Source: Patescibacteria group bacterium
GTDB lineage: Bacteria > Patescibacteriota > Minisyncoccia > UBA9983
Length of the DNA stretch: 41,366 nt
Reading direction: 5' to 3'
NCBI GenBank assembly: GCA_038063695.1
Contig: JBBTUP010000015.1
Span: 1 to 41,366, forward strand
Shown here: in pieces, positions 8,158-15,647 of the stretch
How positions within the stretch are numbered: position 1 is the stretch's first letter
Layout of the letters: each line of letters starts with the position of its first letter
Position numbers and translations under genes: made by a program
The notes under the pieces: model-generated
Databases searched by the model: none
Told to the model about the DNA's origin: nothing
The model's input: the letters and a program-made list of their open reading frames with translations, nothing else

Positions 8158-9460
8158 ATTTCAAATTATCACTTTTTCTGTAATAGGAGTTATTATTTTA
8201 ATTGCGCTCTTTACTTTTATGGGGGCTATCCCTTCACCAAAAGGTTCCACTCAAAAATTTGTGGAATTTAAATTATGGGGGACTATTCAGCAAGAAGGTT
8301 TTAATAAGTTTGTTGACTTGGTTAGTTCAAAAAATCAGAAAATTTTTAAAATAAATTACATTAAGAAAGACTCTGAAAAATACGAAAACGAACTGGCAAA
8401 CGCTTTTCTCACAGGAAATGCTCCTGATATGTGGATGATTACTCAGGATATGATCTGGGATCATAGGAATAAAGTTGAATTAATACCTTACAAATCCTTG
8501 AGTTATAAAGATTTTACAGATACCTTTATTGAAGAAGCAGAATTGCTGTTAATAAAAGAAGGAATAATCGGAATTCCAATTTTGACAGATCCGATGGTGC
8601 TTTATTGGAATAGGGATATTTTTTCTTCGTCTGGCATTGCTCAGCCACCCAAGTATTGGGACGAAGTTGTTTCTTATGTTCCCCGGCTTACAAAGATTGA
8701 TTCAGCGGGTAATATTTATCAGAGCGGAATTTCCATGGGTGAATTCAGGAATGTAAATAATGCCAAAGAGATTATTTCAATGCTTGTGTTGCAGAAAATG
8801 AATCGTCTTGCAGATCCAGAAAAAAAATCAATGGTTTGGGACAAAAACGAGATTTCTGGCGCCAGCGATATTGAAGACGCAGTAAGATTTTATACGGAAT
8901 TCTCAGATTCCAAGAAGCAGATTTATTCGTGGAACAGGTCCCTTAAAAATTCTCTGGATAAGTTCACAAACGGTTCTTTGGCAATGTATTTTGGGTTTAG
9001 CAGCGAGGCGCTGGATATTCAGGAAAAAAATCCGCATCTAAATTTTGGCATTGTTTCTGTGCCTCAAATTAGGCCTAAAGAAGGCGCTATCGGCGCGAAC
9101 ATCACTTTTGGCAGGATGCATTCTATTGTTTTTTCCAAAATGTCGCCGAATAAATTGAGCGCATTCAATACTGTTTCTAAGATGCAAGACAAGGAATTGC
9201 TTGAGCAATTTGCGGATTCTTATTTTTTAATGCCTGCCACCAGAGAGTTGCTTAATGAAGGGCCATTAGAAAAAGACAAACCTTATCTTGATATTTTTTA
9301 CCAATCTGCTTTGCAGGGTCATGCATGGCTGGAACCAAAGCCGGAGAAAGTTTCCGAAATTTTCAAGGATATGATAGAATCAGTGTCAAGCGGAGAAAAG
9401 AAAATTCCAGAGGCTGTTTATACAGCAACATATAAACTGAATGAACTTTTATCAAAATAA
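8150..9460 (+). CDS. Membrane-anchored extracellular solute-binding protein (ABC sugar-type SBP family)
   Basis: N-terminal TM anchor, about 400-aa periplasmic-binding-like body (PDMWMITQDMIW, LYWNRDIF). No permease or ATPase gene is adjacent. Confidence 0.6.
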   Translation: MSKFQIITFSVIGVIILIALFTFMGAIPSPKGSTQKFVEFKLWGTIQQEGFNKFVDLVSSKNQKIFKINYIKKDSEKYENELANAFLTGNAPDMWMITQDMIWDHRNKVELIPYKSLSYKDFTDTFIEEAELLLIKEGIIGIPILTDPMVLYWNRDIFSSSGIAQPPKYWDEVVSYVPRLTKIDSAGNIYQSGISMGEFRNVNNAKEIISMLVLQKMNRLADPEKKSMVWDKNEISGASDIEDAVRFYTEFSDSKKQIYSWNRSLKNSLDKFTNGSLAMYFGFSSEALDIQEKNPHLNFGIVSVPQIRPKEGAIGANITFGRMHSIVFSKMSPNKLSAFNTVSKMQDKELLEQFADSYFLMPATRELLNEGPLEKDKPYLDIFYQSALQGHAWLEPKPEKVSEIFKDMIESVSSGEKKIPEAVYTATYKLNELLSK

Positions 9461-9471
9461 ATTTTAACATT

Positions 9472-9843
9472 ATGATTATCCACAGCACAAAAAAAATATA
9501 TTTGTCCAAGGCATATATTTGGCTTATTATAAATATAGGATTGGTCATGCCTTTAAAAATCGTAATGGCGCAGTGTCAACCAAACACTATCTGCAATCCA
9601 TTAACAGCCGGTTCGTTTAACGCCCTCATTACTTCCTTGGCGAATATAGCGTTTGCGATTGGTTTTCCAATAGCCATTATGTTTATTTTATGGTCTGGAT
9701 TTTTGTTTGTGAGCGCAAGGGGCAATGAAGAACAAATAAAGACAGCAAAGAAAACTTTTACATGGGCGATTATAGGTACGGCGATTCTGCTTGGCGCCAA
9801 AGTGATCGCGGTTGGCATACAAAATACAATACTCTCGCTATAA
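9472..9843 (+). CDS. TrbC/VirB2-like (type IV secretion-type) pilin family small membrane protein, paralog 1
   Basis: Signal-like N-terminus, then two hydrophobic helices separated by SARGNEEQIKTAKK, the pattern of CPR T4SS-type pilins. Confidence 0.6.
   Translation: MIIHSTKKIYLSKAYIWLIINIGLVMPLKIVMAQCQPNTICNPLTAGSFNALITSLANIAFAIGFPIAIMFILWSGFLFVSARGNEEQIKTAKKTFTWAIIGTAILLGAKVIAVGIQNTILSL
9476..9484 (+). promoter_or_regulatory. Perfect DnaA-box 9-mer TTATCCACA (at the start of pilin paralog 1)
   Basis: Exact consensus match only. Confidence 0.25.
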
Positions 9844-9903
9844 ATTATTGATATGTCTTATTATTAAAAATGGTCGATAAATTTTAAAGAAATTTATTAA
9901 AAT

Positions 9904-10242
9904 ATGCAAAAAATTAAAAAATTAATACCTTTAGGAGCGGCCTTGTTGCCGTTTATTGCTTTTGCGCAGACAACATTTGGAAGTATATTAGGTACTATTA
10001 GTACTCTAGTCAGTACCTTAACGACAATCGCTATGGCCGTGGCTTTCCTTGTTTTTCTCTATGGTGTGATAAGATTTATTACTGCTGGAGGTGATGAGGA
10101 AAAGAGGAAAACCGCAAAAAATTTAATCATATACGGATTAATCGGCCTTTTTGTAATGGTTGCCGTATGGGGATTGGTAGCAGTCCTTGCTAGTACATTT
10201 GGTGTTACTACGGGTGGTACTACAAGTTTGCCAACTATATAA
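9904..10242 (+). CDS. TrbC/VirB2-like pilin family protein, paralog 2
   Basis: Signal peptide ending AFAQ, helix, TAGGDEEKRKTAKN loop, second helix. Confidence 0.65.
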   Translation: MQKIKKLIPLGAALLPFIAFAQTTFGSILGTISTLVSTLTTIAMAVAFLVFLYGVIRFITAGGDEEKRKTAKNLIIYGLIGLFVMVAVWGLVAVLASTFGVTTGGTTSLPTI

Positions 10243-10263
10243 TTATCTGTCGGCAATTTTTGG

Positions 10264-10503
10264 ATGAACAATCTTCTTAATAATATAGCCATTCAGATTC
10301 TGAACCCTTTGATAGGGTTCTTGATCTCGGTTGCTTTTCTTGTCTTTATATGGGGGATTGTGGAATTGATTTATGGATCGGATAATGAAGAAAAGGTTAA
10401 AATAGGCAAAAGGCATTTGGTGTATGGTTTGATAGGTCTGTTTATAATGCTGGCGGTTTTGGGAATTATGAATGTTACCCAAAATTTTATTAACAGTTTG
10501 TAA
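10264..10503 (+). CDS. TrbC/VirB2-like pilin family protein, paralog 3 (no obvious signal peptide)
   Basis: Helix, GSDNEEKVKIGKRH loop, helix LVYGLIGLFIMLAVLG. Same architecture as the two upstream genes. Confidence 0.55.
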   Translation: MNNLLNNIAIQILNPLIGFLISVAFLVFIWGIVELIYGSDNEEKVKIGKRHLVYGLIGLFIMLAVLGIMNVTQNFINSL

Positions 10504-10520
10504 GTTATTCTTGAAGAAAG

Positions 10521-10560
10521 AAAAAACGGGTGAGCCTTGGGCTCACCCGTTTGAGTTTTT
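10521..10560. terminator. Bidirectional rho-independent terminator
   Basis: 11-bp stem ACGGGTGAGCC/GGCTCACCCGT with loop TTG, an A-run upstream and a T-run downstream, between convergent genes. Confidence 0.85.
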
Positions 10561-11020
10561 ATCTTTGCATTGTTTGCATTGATTTTTGGTATTTTTGGTA
10601 TTGGTAGTGTTTATAAATTTTTTCGCTTCTGTACCAGCCAACCAATACAATTGATAGGAATATCAGGAAGACAATAAATCTTACAAGACCTCTTCCTATT
10701 CTAATGGTCGGTATCCTTATCTTCTTCTTTTCTGTTAGTATAGTTTCTTTGCCTTCTTTCTTTCTGGTCTTTCTCCATTTTTTAAATAAGAAGAAAGAAA
10801 TTGGAATGACAATAATTAGAAAAAAAGGAATTAAGAAACCTATTGCAGTGTAAAAAATAGAAATCTCAGAGATCGTGTTTCCTATATTGATTAACACTTG
10901 AATTCCTTTTACCAATAGGATAATGAAAAAGATCGAGATTGCGAAGTATACGAAGTAGATTCCGTTTAACCACATAAGATCATATAGTGCCTTGAGGATA
11001 TTCTTGATTTTTTCTTTCAT
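10559..11020 (-). CDS. Multi-pass membrane protein, unknown function
   Basis: Several hydrophobic helices and a basic loop KKWRKTRKKEGK. ATGA start/stop overlap with the upstream SPFH gene. Confidence 0.6.
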   Translation of the reverse strand: MKEKIKNILKALYDLMWLNGIYFVYFAISIFFIILLVKGIQVLINIGNTISEISIFYTAIGFLIPFFLIIVIPISFFLFKKWRKTRKKEGKETILTEKKKIRIPTIRIGRGLVRFIVFLIFLSIVLVGWYRSEKIYKHYQYQKYQKSMQTMQR

Positions 11021-12072
11021 TTTTTATCCTCCTCTTTTTCTTTACCAAGCCATCCTTTCATAATATCTTTGATTGAGCCGAATGGGAATATTATAAGATT
11101 ACTTGGACCTTGGCCAGTTTTTTCAATTGCTTCTACAGTTCGTATATACATTCCTTGTTCGCCGTAACTTGTGATTTTTCCATAGACTCTTTCCATTCTG
11201 TTTACATCAGCATCGGCTAATGTTTCTATTCTTTCTTTTTCTTTTTCAGCAGACCATTTTTTGGCGGCTTCTTCGGTGAATTTTGTTCCCCATTCTCCCG
11301 CAGGGTCGATCTTTACCATTTCCACAGCCACAAGTTCCACTCCATAAGTATCTTTAATAAAATTATCCACCTGACTGTCTTTTAGGAATGAGTTTGCCTC
11401 GTCTTCAACTGCTTCTCTTTGCTCAGTCAATTCTTCAAATGTCTTTTTCCTTGTGAAAGATCGGTACGCTGGTTTTACTCTATTTTGAGTTGCCTCCAGC
11501 CATTTTTGTATCCTGAACAGCGCTTTATACGGATTTACGACCCGCAAAGTAAGAAGAAGAGAAACATCAACAGGAATCATTCCTTTTGTCTCTGCTTTGT
11601 CCAAAAAAGTGAAATACACATCATCTTGAACCAAGATAAAACTTATGTCTTTCTCTTCCTTAGTAATTGGTTTTTCAATGGTTTTTTCGCCTTCTCTTAC
11701 TTGTTCATAAGATGTCCATTCAAAGCGATATAAGTGGACTTTATTTATAAACGGAATACCTATCCATTTTAATCCTCCTGTTATCTTCTTTATCCAATCC
11801 AAGATCTTTCTGAGGAGTTTTTCTTCTACTGATGGTGATTCATCAATCTTTTTTACATTCCATTCTGCATCTAGGTAATGCCCTTTGTAGGACATCACTA
11901 TTTTTCTGCATTTTCCAAAACGCAGAATCGCCTTTGCCGTTCCTTCTTGAACAATGGTAAAAAATACATTATATCTTGCCAGATTGTATATAAGTACAAC
12001 AATCGCAAGCATAGAAAGCAGTGTCAAAAGCGTGATACTTCCGATTTTTAATCCAATCCAAAAACTTTCCAT
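11017..12072 (-). CDS. SPFH/band-7 (stomatin/prohibitin-like) domain protein
   Basis: N-terminal TM helix, then FTIVQEGTAKAILRFGK and a long alpha-helical C-terminal part. AGGAGG SD upstream. Confidence 0.6.
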   Translation of the reverse strand: MESFWIGLKIGSITLLTLLSMLAIVVLIYNLARYNVFFTIVQEGTAKAILRFGKCRKIVMSYKGHYLDAEWNVKKIDESPSVEEKLLRKILDWIKKITGGLKWIGIPFINKVHLYRFEWTSYEQVREGEKTIEKPITKEEKDISFILVQDDVYFTFLDKAETKGMIPVDVSLLLTLRVVNPYKALFRIQKWLEATQNRVKPAYRSFTRKKTFEELTEQREAVEDEANSFLKDSQVDNFIKDTYGVELVAVEMVKIDPAGEWGTKFTEEAAKKWSAEKEKERIETLADADVNRMERVYGKITSYGEQGMYIRTVEAIEKTGQGPSNLIIFPFGSIKDIMKGWLGKEKEEDKK

Positions 12073-12170
12073 ACGCCCTCCTATATTTTATTGATAGTTT
12101 TTAAGGTGTAGTTATCTAAGATAACTTTAATCTGCCTATATTATATATTATAATCTACATCTTTGTCAAG

Positions 12171-12207
12171 TATCACACATTTTGCCGATAGGTAATGATA
12201 GGTGAGA
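12171..12207. promoter_or_regulatory. Palindromic element A (TATCACACATTTTGCCGATAGGTAATGATAGGTGAGA), operator-like
   Basis: Member of a 3-copy family TATCAC..TTGCCGATCGGCAA..ATAGGTGATA. It abuts a minus-strand TTGACA -35 directed at the SPFH operon. Confidence 0.5.
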
Positions 12208-12271
12208 GTAAGACAGTAAGAATGATATTAAGAATAAGAGAGAAAAAACAATTTAATATCTAAAGGATAAA

Positions 12272-12859
12272 TTATAGGTTGTAATGATTTTTTAAAATGA
12301 TTTCGTCTCGAGGGTCTATTTTTTGCGCAATGAAAAAGTGGATATATTTTCTTATATTTAAAATTTCACTTATAAAATCAATTTCATCTTCACATGGGAA
12401 TGGGCATATAAAAACGCTTTTTTGGAGTGGATAAATTTCCATATCGTTTAATTTATTACTTAACGCCTTCCTTCCTTTTCTGTGTTTTTCTGGGATGTCA
12501 AAGGATATGATTCGCCACGAACCGTCCCATTTTTTTGGTCTGGTTATTTTTATATCGTCAAATTTATAAATTAAGACACGTTTTTCTCCGTTCACTGTTA
12601 TTTTAATTATTTCTTTGTCGTCTTTTTCGTAAATTTCAATTAATTTTTGTTTTTGTAGTGTTCGCATTGTTCTTTTTATTCTATACCTGTCTTTTGCGTT
12701 TTTGACGCCGAATAGAGAAAAAACTTGTGGCAGATTAGGCAGGGCAAAACTGGCTATAATCAGCCCGCCTATCGCCAGCCCTTTTAAGATTTCTTTTGCC
12801 AGTTCTCCTTTTTTATAATCATTTCTTATTGATATTTTTTCTTTTGTCATCCTGGTCAT
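12272..12859 (-). CDS. Membrane-anchored PaaX-like regulator (winged-helix plus PaaX C-terminal/Cas2-like fold)
   Basis: TM helix LAIGGLIIASFALPNLPQVF, wHTH-like RTMRTLQKQKLIEIYEKDDK, and WDGSWRIISFDIPEKHRKGRKALSNKLNDMEIYPLQKSVFICP, which matches the PaaX C-domain signature W.G.W..v..D.PE..R..R..L...L...G...LQ.SVw..P. Confidence 0.6.
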   Translation of the reverse strand: MTRMTKEKISIRNDYKKGELAKEILKGLAIGGLIIASFALPNLPQVFSLFGVKNAKDRYRIKRTMRTLQKQKLIEIYEKDDKEIIKITVNGEKRVLIYKFDDIKITRPKKWDGSWRIISFDIPEKHRKGRKALSNKLNDMEIYPLQKSVFICPFPCEDEIDFISEILNIRKYIHFFIAQKIDPRDEIILKNHYNL

Positions 12860-12897
12860 ATTTTAGTTTTATTATAGATATAATTTATAAGTTCATA

Positions 12898-12935
12898 CTA
12901 TCACATATTTAGCCGATCGGCAAGATAGGTGATAG
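12898..12935. promoter_or_regulatory. Palindromic element B (CTATCACATATTTAGCCGATCGGCAAGATAGGTGATAG), operator-like, upstream of the PaaX-like gene
   Basis: Lies 39 nt upstream of the start codon. On the minus strand it contains TTGCCG-17-TAGTAT, a plausible promoter. Confidence 0.5.
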
Positions 12936-12972
12936 TTAATTATTAATTACTATATTTAAATGAATATTTTTA

Positions 12973-13043
12973 TGCGGGCACGGAGAGTCGAACTCCGGTC
13001 TCGTCCTTGGCAAGGACGCATTCTGCCACTAAACTATGCCCGC
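12973..13043 (-). tRNA. tRNA-Gly (GCC)
   Basis: Hand-folded cloverleaf: acceptor GCGGGCA/TGCCCGC, anticodon stem CGTCC/GGACG, loop TTGCCAA, T arm CGGAG-TTCGACT-CTCCG. Confidence 0.9.
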
Positions 13044-13086
13044 GATTATGAAATTATATCATAAACATGGCGTGCCCCGTACAAAA

Positions 13087-13170
13087 TGCTGGGGGGGAGA
13101 TTTGAACTCCCAATCTCTTGCGAGAATCAGGTTCTAAGCCTGACGCGTATGCCAATTCCGCCACCCCAGC
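13087..13170 (-). tRNA. tRNA-Leu (UAG), type II with long variable arm
   Basis: Acceptor GCTGGGG/CCCCAGC, anticodon stem TCAGG/CCTGA, loop CTTAGAA, T arm GGGAG-TTCAAAT-CTCCC. Flanked by 14-nt perfectly complementary sequences. Confidence 0.9.
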
Positions 13171-13184
13171 ATTTTGTACGGGGC

Positions 13185-13355
13185 AAATCTGCCATCTTGC
13201 CCCGTAGTTAAAGCGGATCTTTATACTATGAGGTTCACCACTCGCCCGATTTTTTCCGCCCACCAGGAATCGAACCTGGAACCTTCTCCTTTCCGCCCTA
13301 GGCGGACCAGCCTCGGGATGAAAGAGGGAGATGCCCCGCCCCCTGCCATCGCCTA
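13185..13355 (-). ncRNA. Unassigned GC-rich spacer with tRNA-like fragments (T arm plus acceptor 3' strand; tRNA-Leu 5' fragment)
   Basis: CCAGG-TTCGATT-CCTGG-TGGGCGG at 13256..13279 (minus sense) and GGGCGAGTGGTGAACC at 13232..13247, which copies the 5' end of tRNA-Leu(UAA). I could not fold a complete cloverleaf. Confidence 0.3.
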
Positions 13356-13428
13356 TGCTCCGTGAGGGTCTCGAACCCCCGACCTTCTCCTTAAGAGGGA
13401 GCTGCTCTACCAACTGAGCTAACGGAGC
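13356..13428 (-). tRNA. tRNA-Lys (CUU)
   Basis: Acceptor GCTCCGT/ACGGAGC, D arm GCTC-AGTTGGTA-GAGC, anticodon loop CTCTTAA, T arm GGGGG-TTCGAGA-CCCTC. Confidence 0.85.
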
Positions 13429-13543
13429 GTAGGACATGGCGGGCAGGTCTACCAATTGACCCGTTCGCATCGCTACGCTTAGGCCGCTAGGCGGGGCGAG
13501 ACTATGGGCGGGAAAATGTGCGTGGCCTTCCCTGTACAGGTGG
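13429..13543 (-). ncRNA. Unassigned GC-rich spacer with a D-arm-like motif
   Basis: GGTC-AATTGGTA-GACC (13446..13461, minus sense) and hairpin CCGC-TAG-GCGG. No complete tRNA could be folded. Confidence 0.3.
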
Positions 13544-13626
13544 TGGGCGAGGAGGGAGTCGAACCCTCACCCGCTTACGCGGACAACATTTTAAGTGTTG
13601 CGTGTATACCATTCCACCACTCGCCC
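13544..13626 (-). tRNA. tRNA-Leu (UAA), type II; CCA apparently encoded (13541..13543)
   Basis: Acceptor GGGCGAG/CTCGCCC, anticodon stem CAACA/TGTTG, loop CTTAAAA, T arm GAGGG-TTCGACT-CCCTC. Confidence 0.9.
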
Positions 13627-13694
13627 ACCACCTATACGGGGTGAATATACCAACTTGCTCTTTATATTTTTATCATTTACTATTTTATCTATAA

Positions 13695-13766
13695 GGCCGT
13701 GTAGCCAAGTGGTAAGGCAAGGGTCTGCAAAACCCTTATACGTGGGTTCGATTCCCGCCACGGCCT
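13695..13766 (+). tRNA. tRNA-Cys (GCA)
   Basis: Acceptor GGCCGTG/CACGGCC, anticodon stem AGGGT/ACCCT, loop CTGCAAA, T arm GTGGG-TTCGATT-CCCGC. Confidence 0.9.
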
Positions 13767-14086
13767 CATTTTTTTAAAAGTTCGTCTATCCTAGCTCTGT
13801 TTTTTTCGCCAGTGTCTATCTCAAAATCAAAAGACGGAAGGAATTTAATTTTGAGCCGTGATTTACAATAATTTTTGAAGTCATTTTTTTTCTTTTTTAG
13901 GATATCAATCACTTCCTTTTCTTTATTGTCGGGCATCACGCTTATAAAAATTTTTGCTGATTTTAGGTCTGGTAATATTTGCGCGCGTATTACCGTTATA
14001 AGCGAAGAGGACTCAATTCGCGATCCGATAAATAAGCTTGCTATTTCTTGCAGGAGGGAATTTATTTTTTCCTGCCTTAAGGTCAT
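13766..14086 (-). CDS. rbfA: Ribosome-binding factor A
   Basis: About 105 aa, RQEKINSLLQEIASLFI and the C-terminal FDFEIDTG pattern. Sits directly downstream of infB as in the conserved operon. Confidence 0.85.
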   Translation of the reverse strand: MTLRQEKINSLLQEIASLFIGSRIESSSLITVIRAQILPDLKSAKIFISVMPDNKEKEVIDILKKKKNDFKNYCKSRLKIKFLPSFDFEIDTGEKNRARIDELLKK

Positions 14087-14087
14087 A

Positions 14088-15647
14088 TTATTTTATTTTT
14101 TCTATAATTTCAAGTTCGTCGCCCTTGTTTATTTCGATTTTTGATTCAGTCATTGCGCCGAATTGGTTTCCTTCATTGACTTCTTTTGTTCTTACCTTGT
14201 TTTGCTGAAGTTCTAAGATTTTTCCTTCACCTATTTCCGATTCTCTCCTTTTAATTTTGAAGATTTTTCCTTCAATTATCTTGCCGGAAATAACTTCTCC
14301 GCCTAACACTTGCTTGTTTTTTTCCTTGCTGAAAGTTTTAAGAATTCTCACTTTGCCCCAAATTTCCTCACGCGGCATCATCGCTTTTTTTTCTTTTATC
14401 TTTTCCTCCAGCCATTCGCTTATTTTATATATAATATTGGATAGATAAAAATCAATTTTAAATCTTTCAATCAATTCTTTGGCCGTTGCTTCTATCTCTA
14501 CATTGAATCCTAGAATGACAGGATTTTTTGCTCCTGATACCAGTTTGACATCGTCTTCTTTTATGTTGCCAACGTCGTTGCGCAATATATTTATGATAAT
14601 TTGTTCATCTGAGAGTTCGGATATTTCTTTTTCCAATGCTTCTGCAGAACCGCTTGTGTCTGCTTTTATCACAAGGGGAATAATAATTTTACCTGTATCT
14701 TTTTCAGTCTGGTCAATTTGGGTGAGTCTTTTTTCGTGCAGTTGCGATTTTACACATAACTCAGCCTCTTTTTTTGTTTCAAAGGTCTCAAATTTTTCTC
14801 CTACCTCTGGCAATGCGTTAAAACCGATTATTTTGACAGGAGAGGAGAATGAGGCCTCTTTCAAAGGTTTGCCCTGGAAATCTTCAAATATTCTAATTGG
14901 TGCTTTTGCATTACCTGAAACAACGCACATTCCAGTCTTCATAGTTCCGTTTTGAATAAGAAGAGTTGCGGATACGCCTCTTTTCGGGTCAAGATGCGAC
15001 TCTATAACAACTCCCGAGGCATTTTCTGTCGGGTCTGCAGTTAAATTTTCCATATCTGTCATAAGAAGGGCAAGATCAAGGAGGTCGTCTATGCCTTGGC
15101 CAGTTGTTGCGGATATGTTTGCATGTGGGATAGTGCCGCCGTATCCTTCTACAAAAATTTGCTGTTCTGCTAATTGTCCTTTTGCTTTTTCTGGATCAGC
15201 ATTGGATTTGTCCATTTTATTAAAGGCAATGACAAATGGTATGTCTGATTTTTTTATTGCATTGTAAGCTTCCATTGTCTGCGGCTTTATGCCTTCGTCA
15301 GCGGCAATAACCAGTATTGCCACATCCGCAATTTTTGCTCCTCTGGTGCGCATTTTTGAGAATGCTTCATGGCCTGGCGTGTCAAGAAAAGTGATTTTTC
15401 TTGTTTTATGCGGATGATCAGTGTCGCATTTTACTTCTGCTTCGTATGCTCCGATATGTTGGGTAATGCCACCTGCTTCCCGCTCTTCAACATCAATAAA
15501 TTTAGAGCGAGGCTCGCTACTGGCGGCTTTTTCCACAACATTGTTTTTTCTAATATAATCCAGAAGTTTTGATTTACCATGGTCAATATGGCCCATTACA
15601 ACCACCACTGGCGGTCGAGGGATTTTTTTGTCTTTTTCACTAGTCAT
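14088..15647 (-). CDS. infB: Translation initiation factor IF-2 (short form lacking the N-terminal extension)
   Basis: G1 [36 protein letters not shown], and the C-terminal domains. Confidence 0.95.
   Translation of the reverse strand: MTSEKDKKIPRPPVVVVMGHIDHGKSKLLDYIRKNNVVEKAASSEPRSKFIDVEEREAGGITQHIGAYEAEVKCDTDHPHKTRKITFLDTPGHEAFSKMRTRGAKIADVAILVIAADEGIKPQTMEAYNAIKKSDIPFVIAFNKMDKSNADPEKAKGQLAEQQIFVEGYGGTIPHANISATTGQGIDDLLDLALLMTDMENLTADPTENASGVVIESHLDPKRGVSATLLIQNGTMKTGMCVVSGNAKAPIRIFEDFQGKPLKEASFSSPVKIIGFNALPEVGEKFETFETKKEAELCVKSQLHEKRLTQIDQTEKDTGKIIIPLVIKADTSGSAEALEKEISELSDEQIIINILRNDVGNIKEDDVKLVSGAKNPVILGFNVEIEATAKELIERFKIDFYLSNIIYKISEWLEEKIKEKKAMMPREEIWGKVRILKTFSKEKNKQVLGGEVISGKIIEGKIFKIKRRESEIGEGKILELQQNKVRTKEVNEGNQFGAMTESKIEINKGDELEIIEKIK

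Noticed and set aside
13054-13470. 138-aa minus-strand ORF (and the 63-aa plus-strand ORF at 13174..13365) across the tRNA cluster
   Set aside because: It runs through two hand-folded tRNA genes and GC-rich RNA-like spacers. The protein is Arg/Gly/Pro-rich low complexity, as expected from translating structured RNA. I treat it as spurious.
13185-13543. tmRNA, RNase P RNA, SRP RNA or a circularly permuted/split tRNA as the identity of the GC-rich spacers
   Set aside because: The possible acceptor helix (CCGCCCA/TGGGCGG) starts with C and has G3-C70 rather than G3-U70, so a tmRNA tRNA-like domain is unlikely. I found no GAGGAAAGTCC-type RNase P CR-I motif and no GGAA-tetraloop SRP domain IV motif. 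The adjacent 3' fragment and 5' fragment have non-complementary acceptor strands, which rules out a permuted tRNA. The region is left unassigned.
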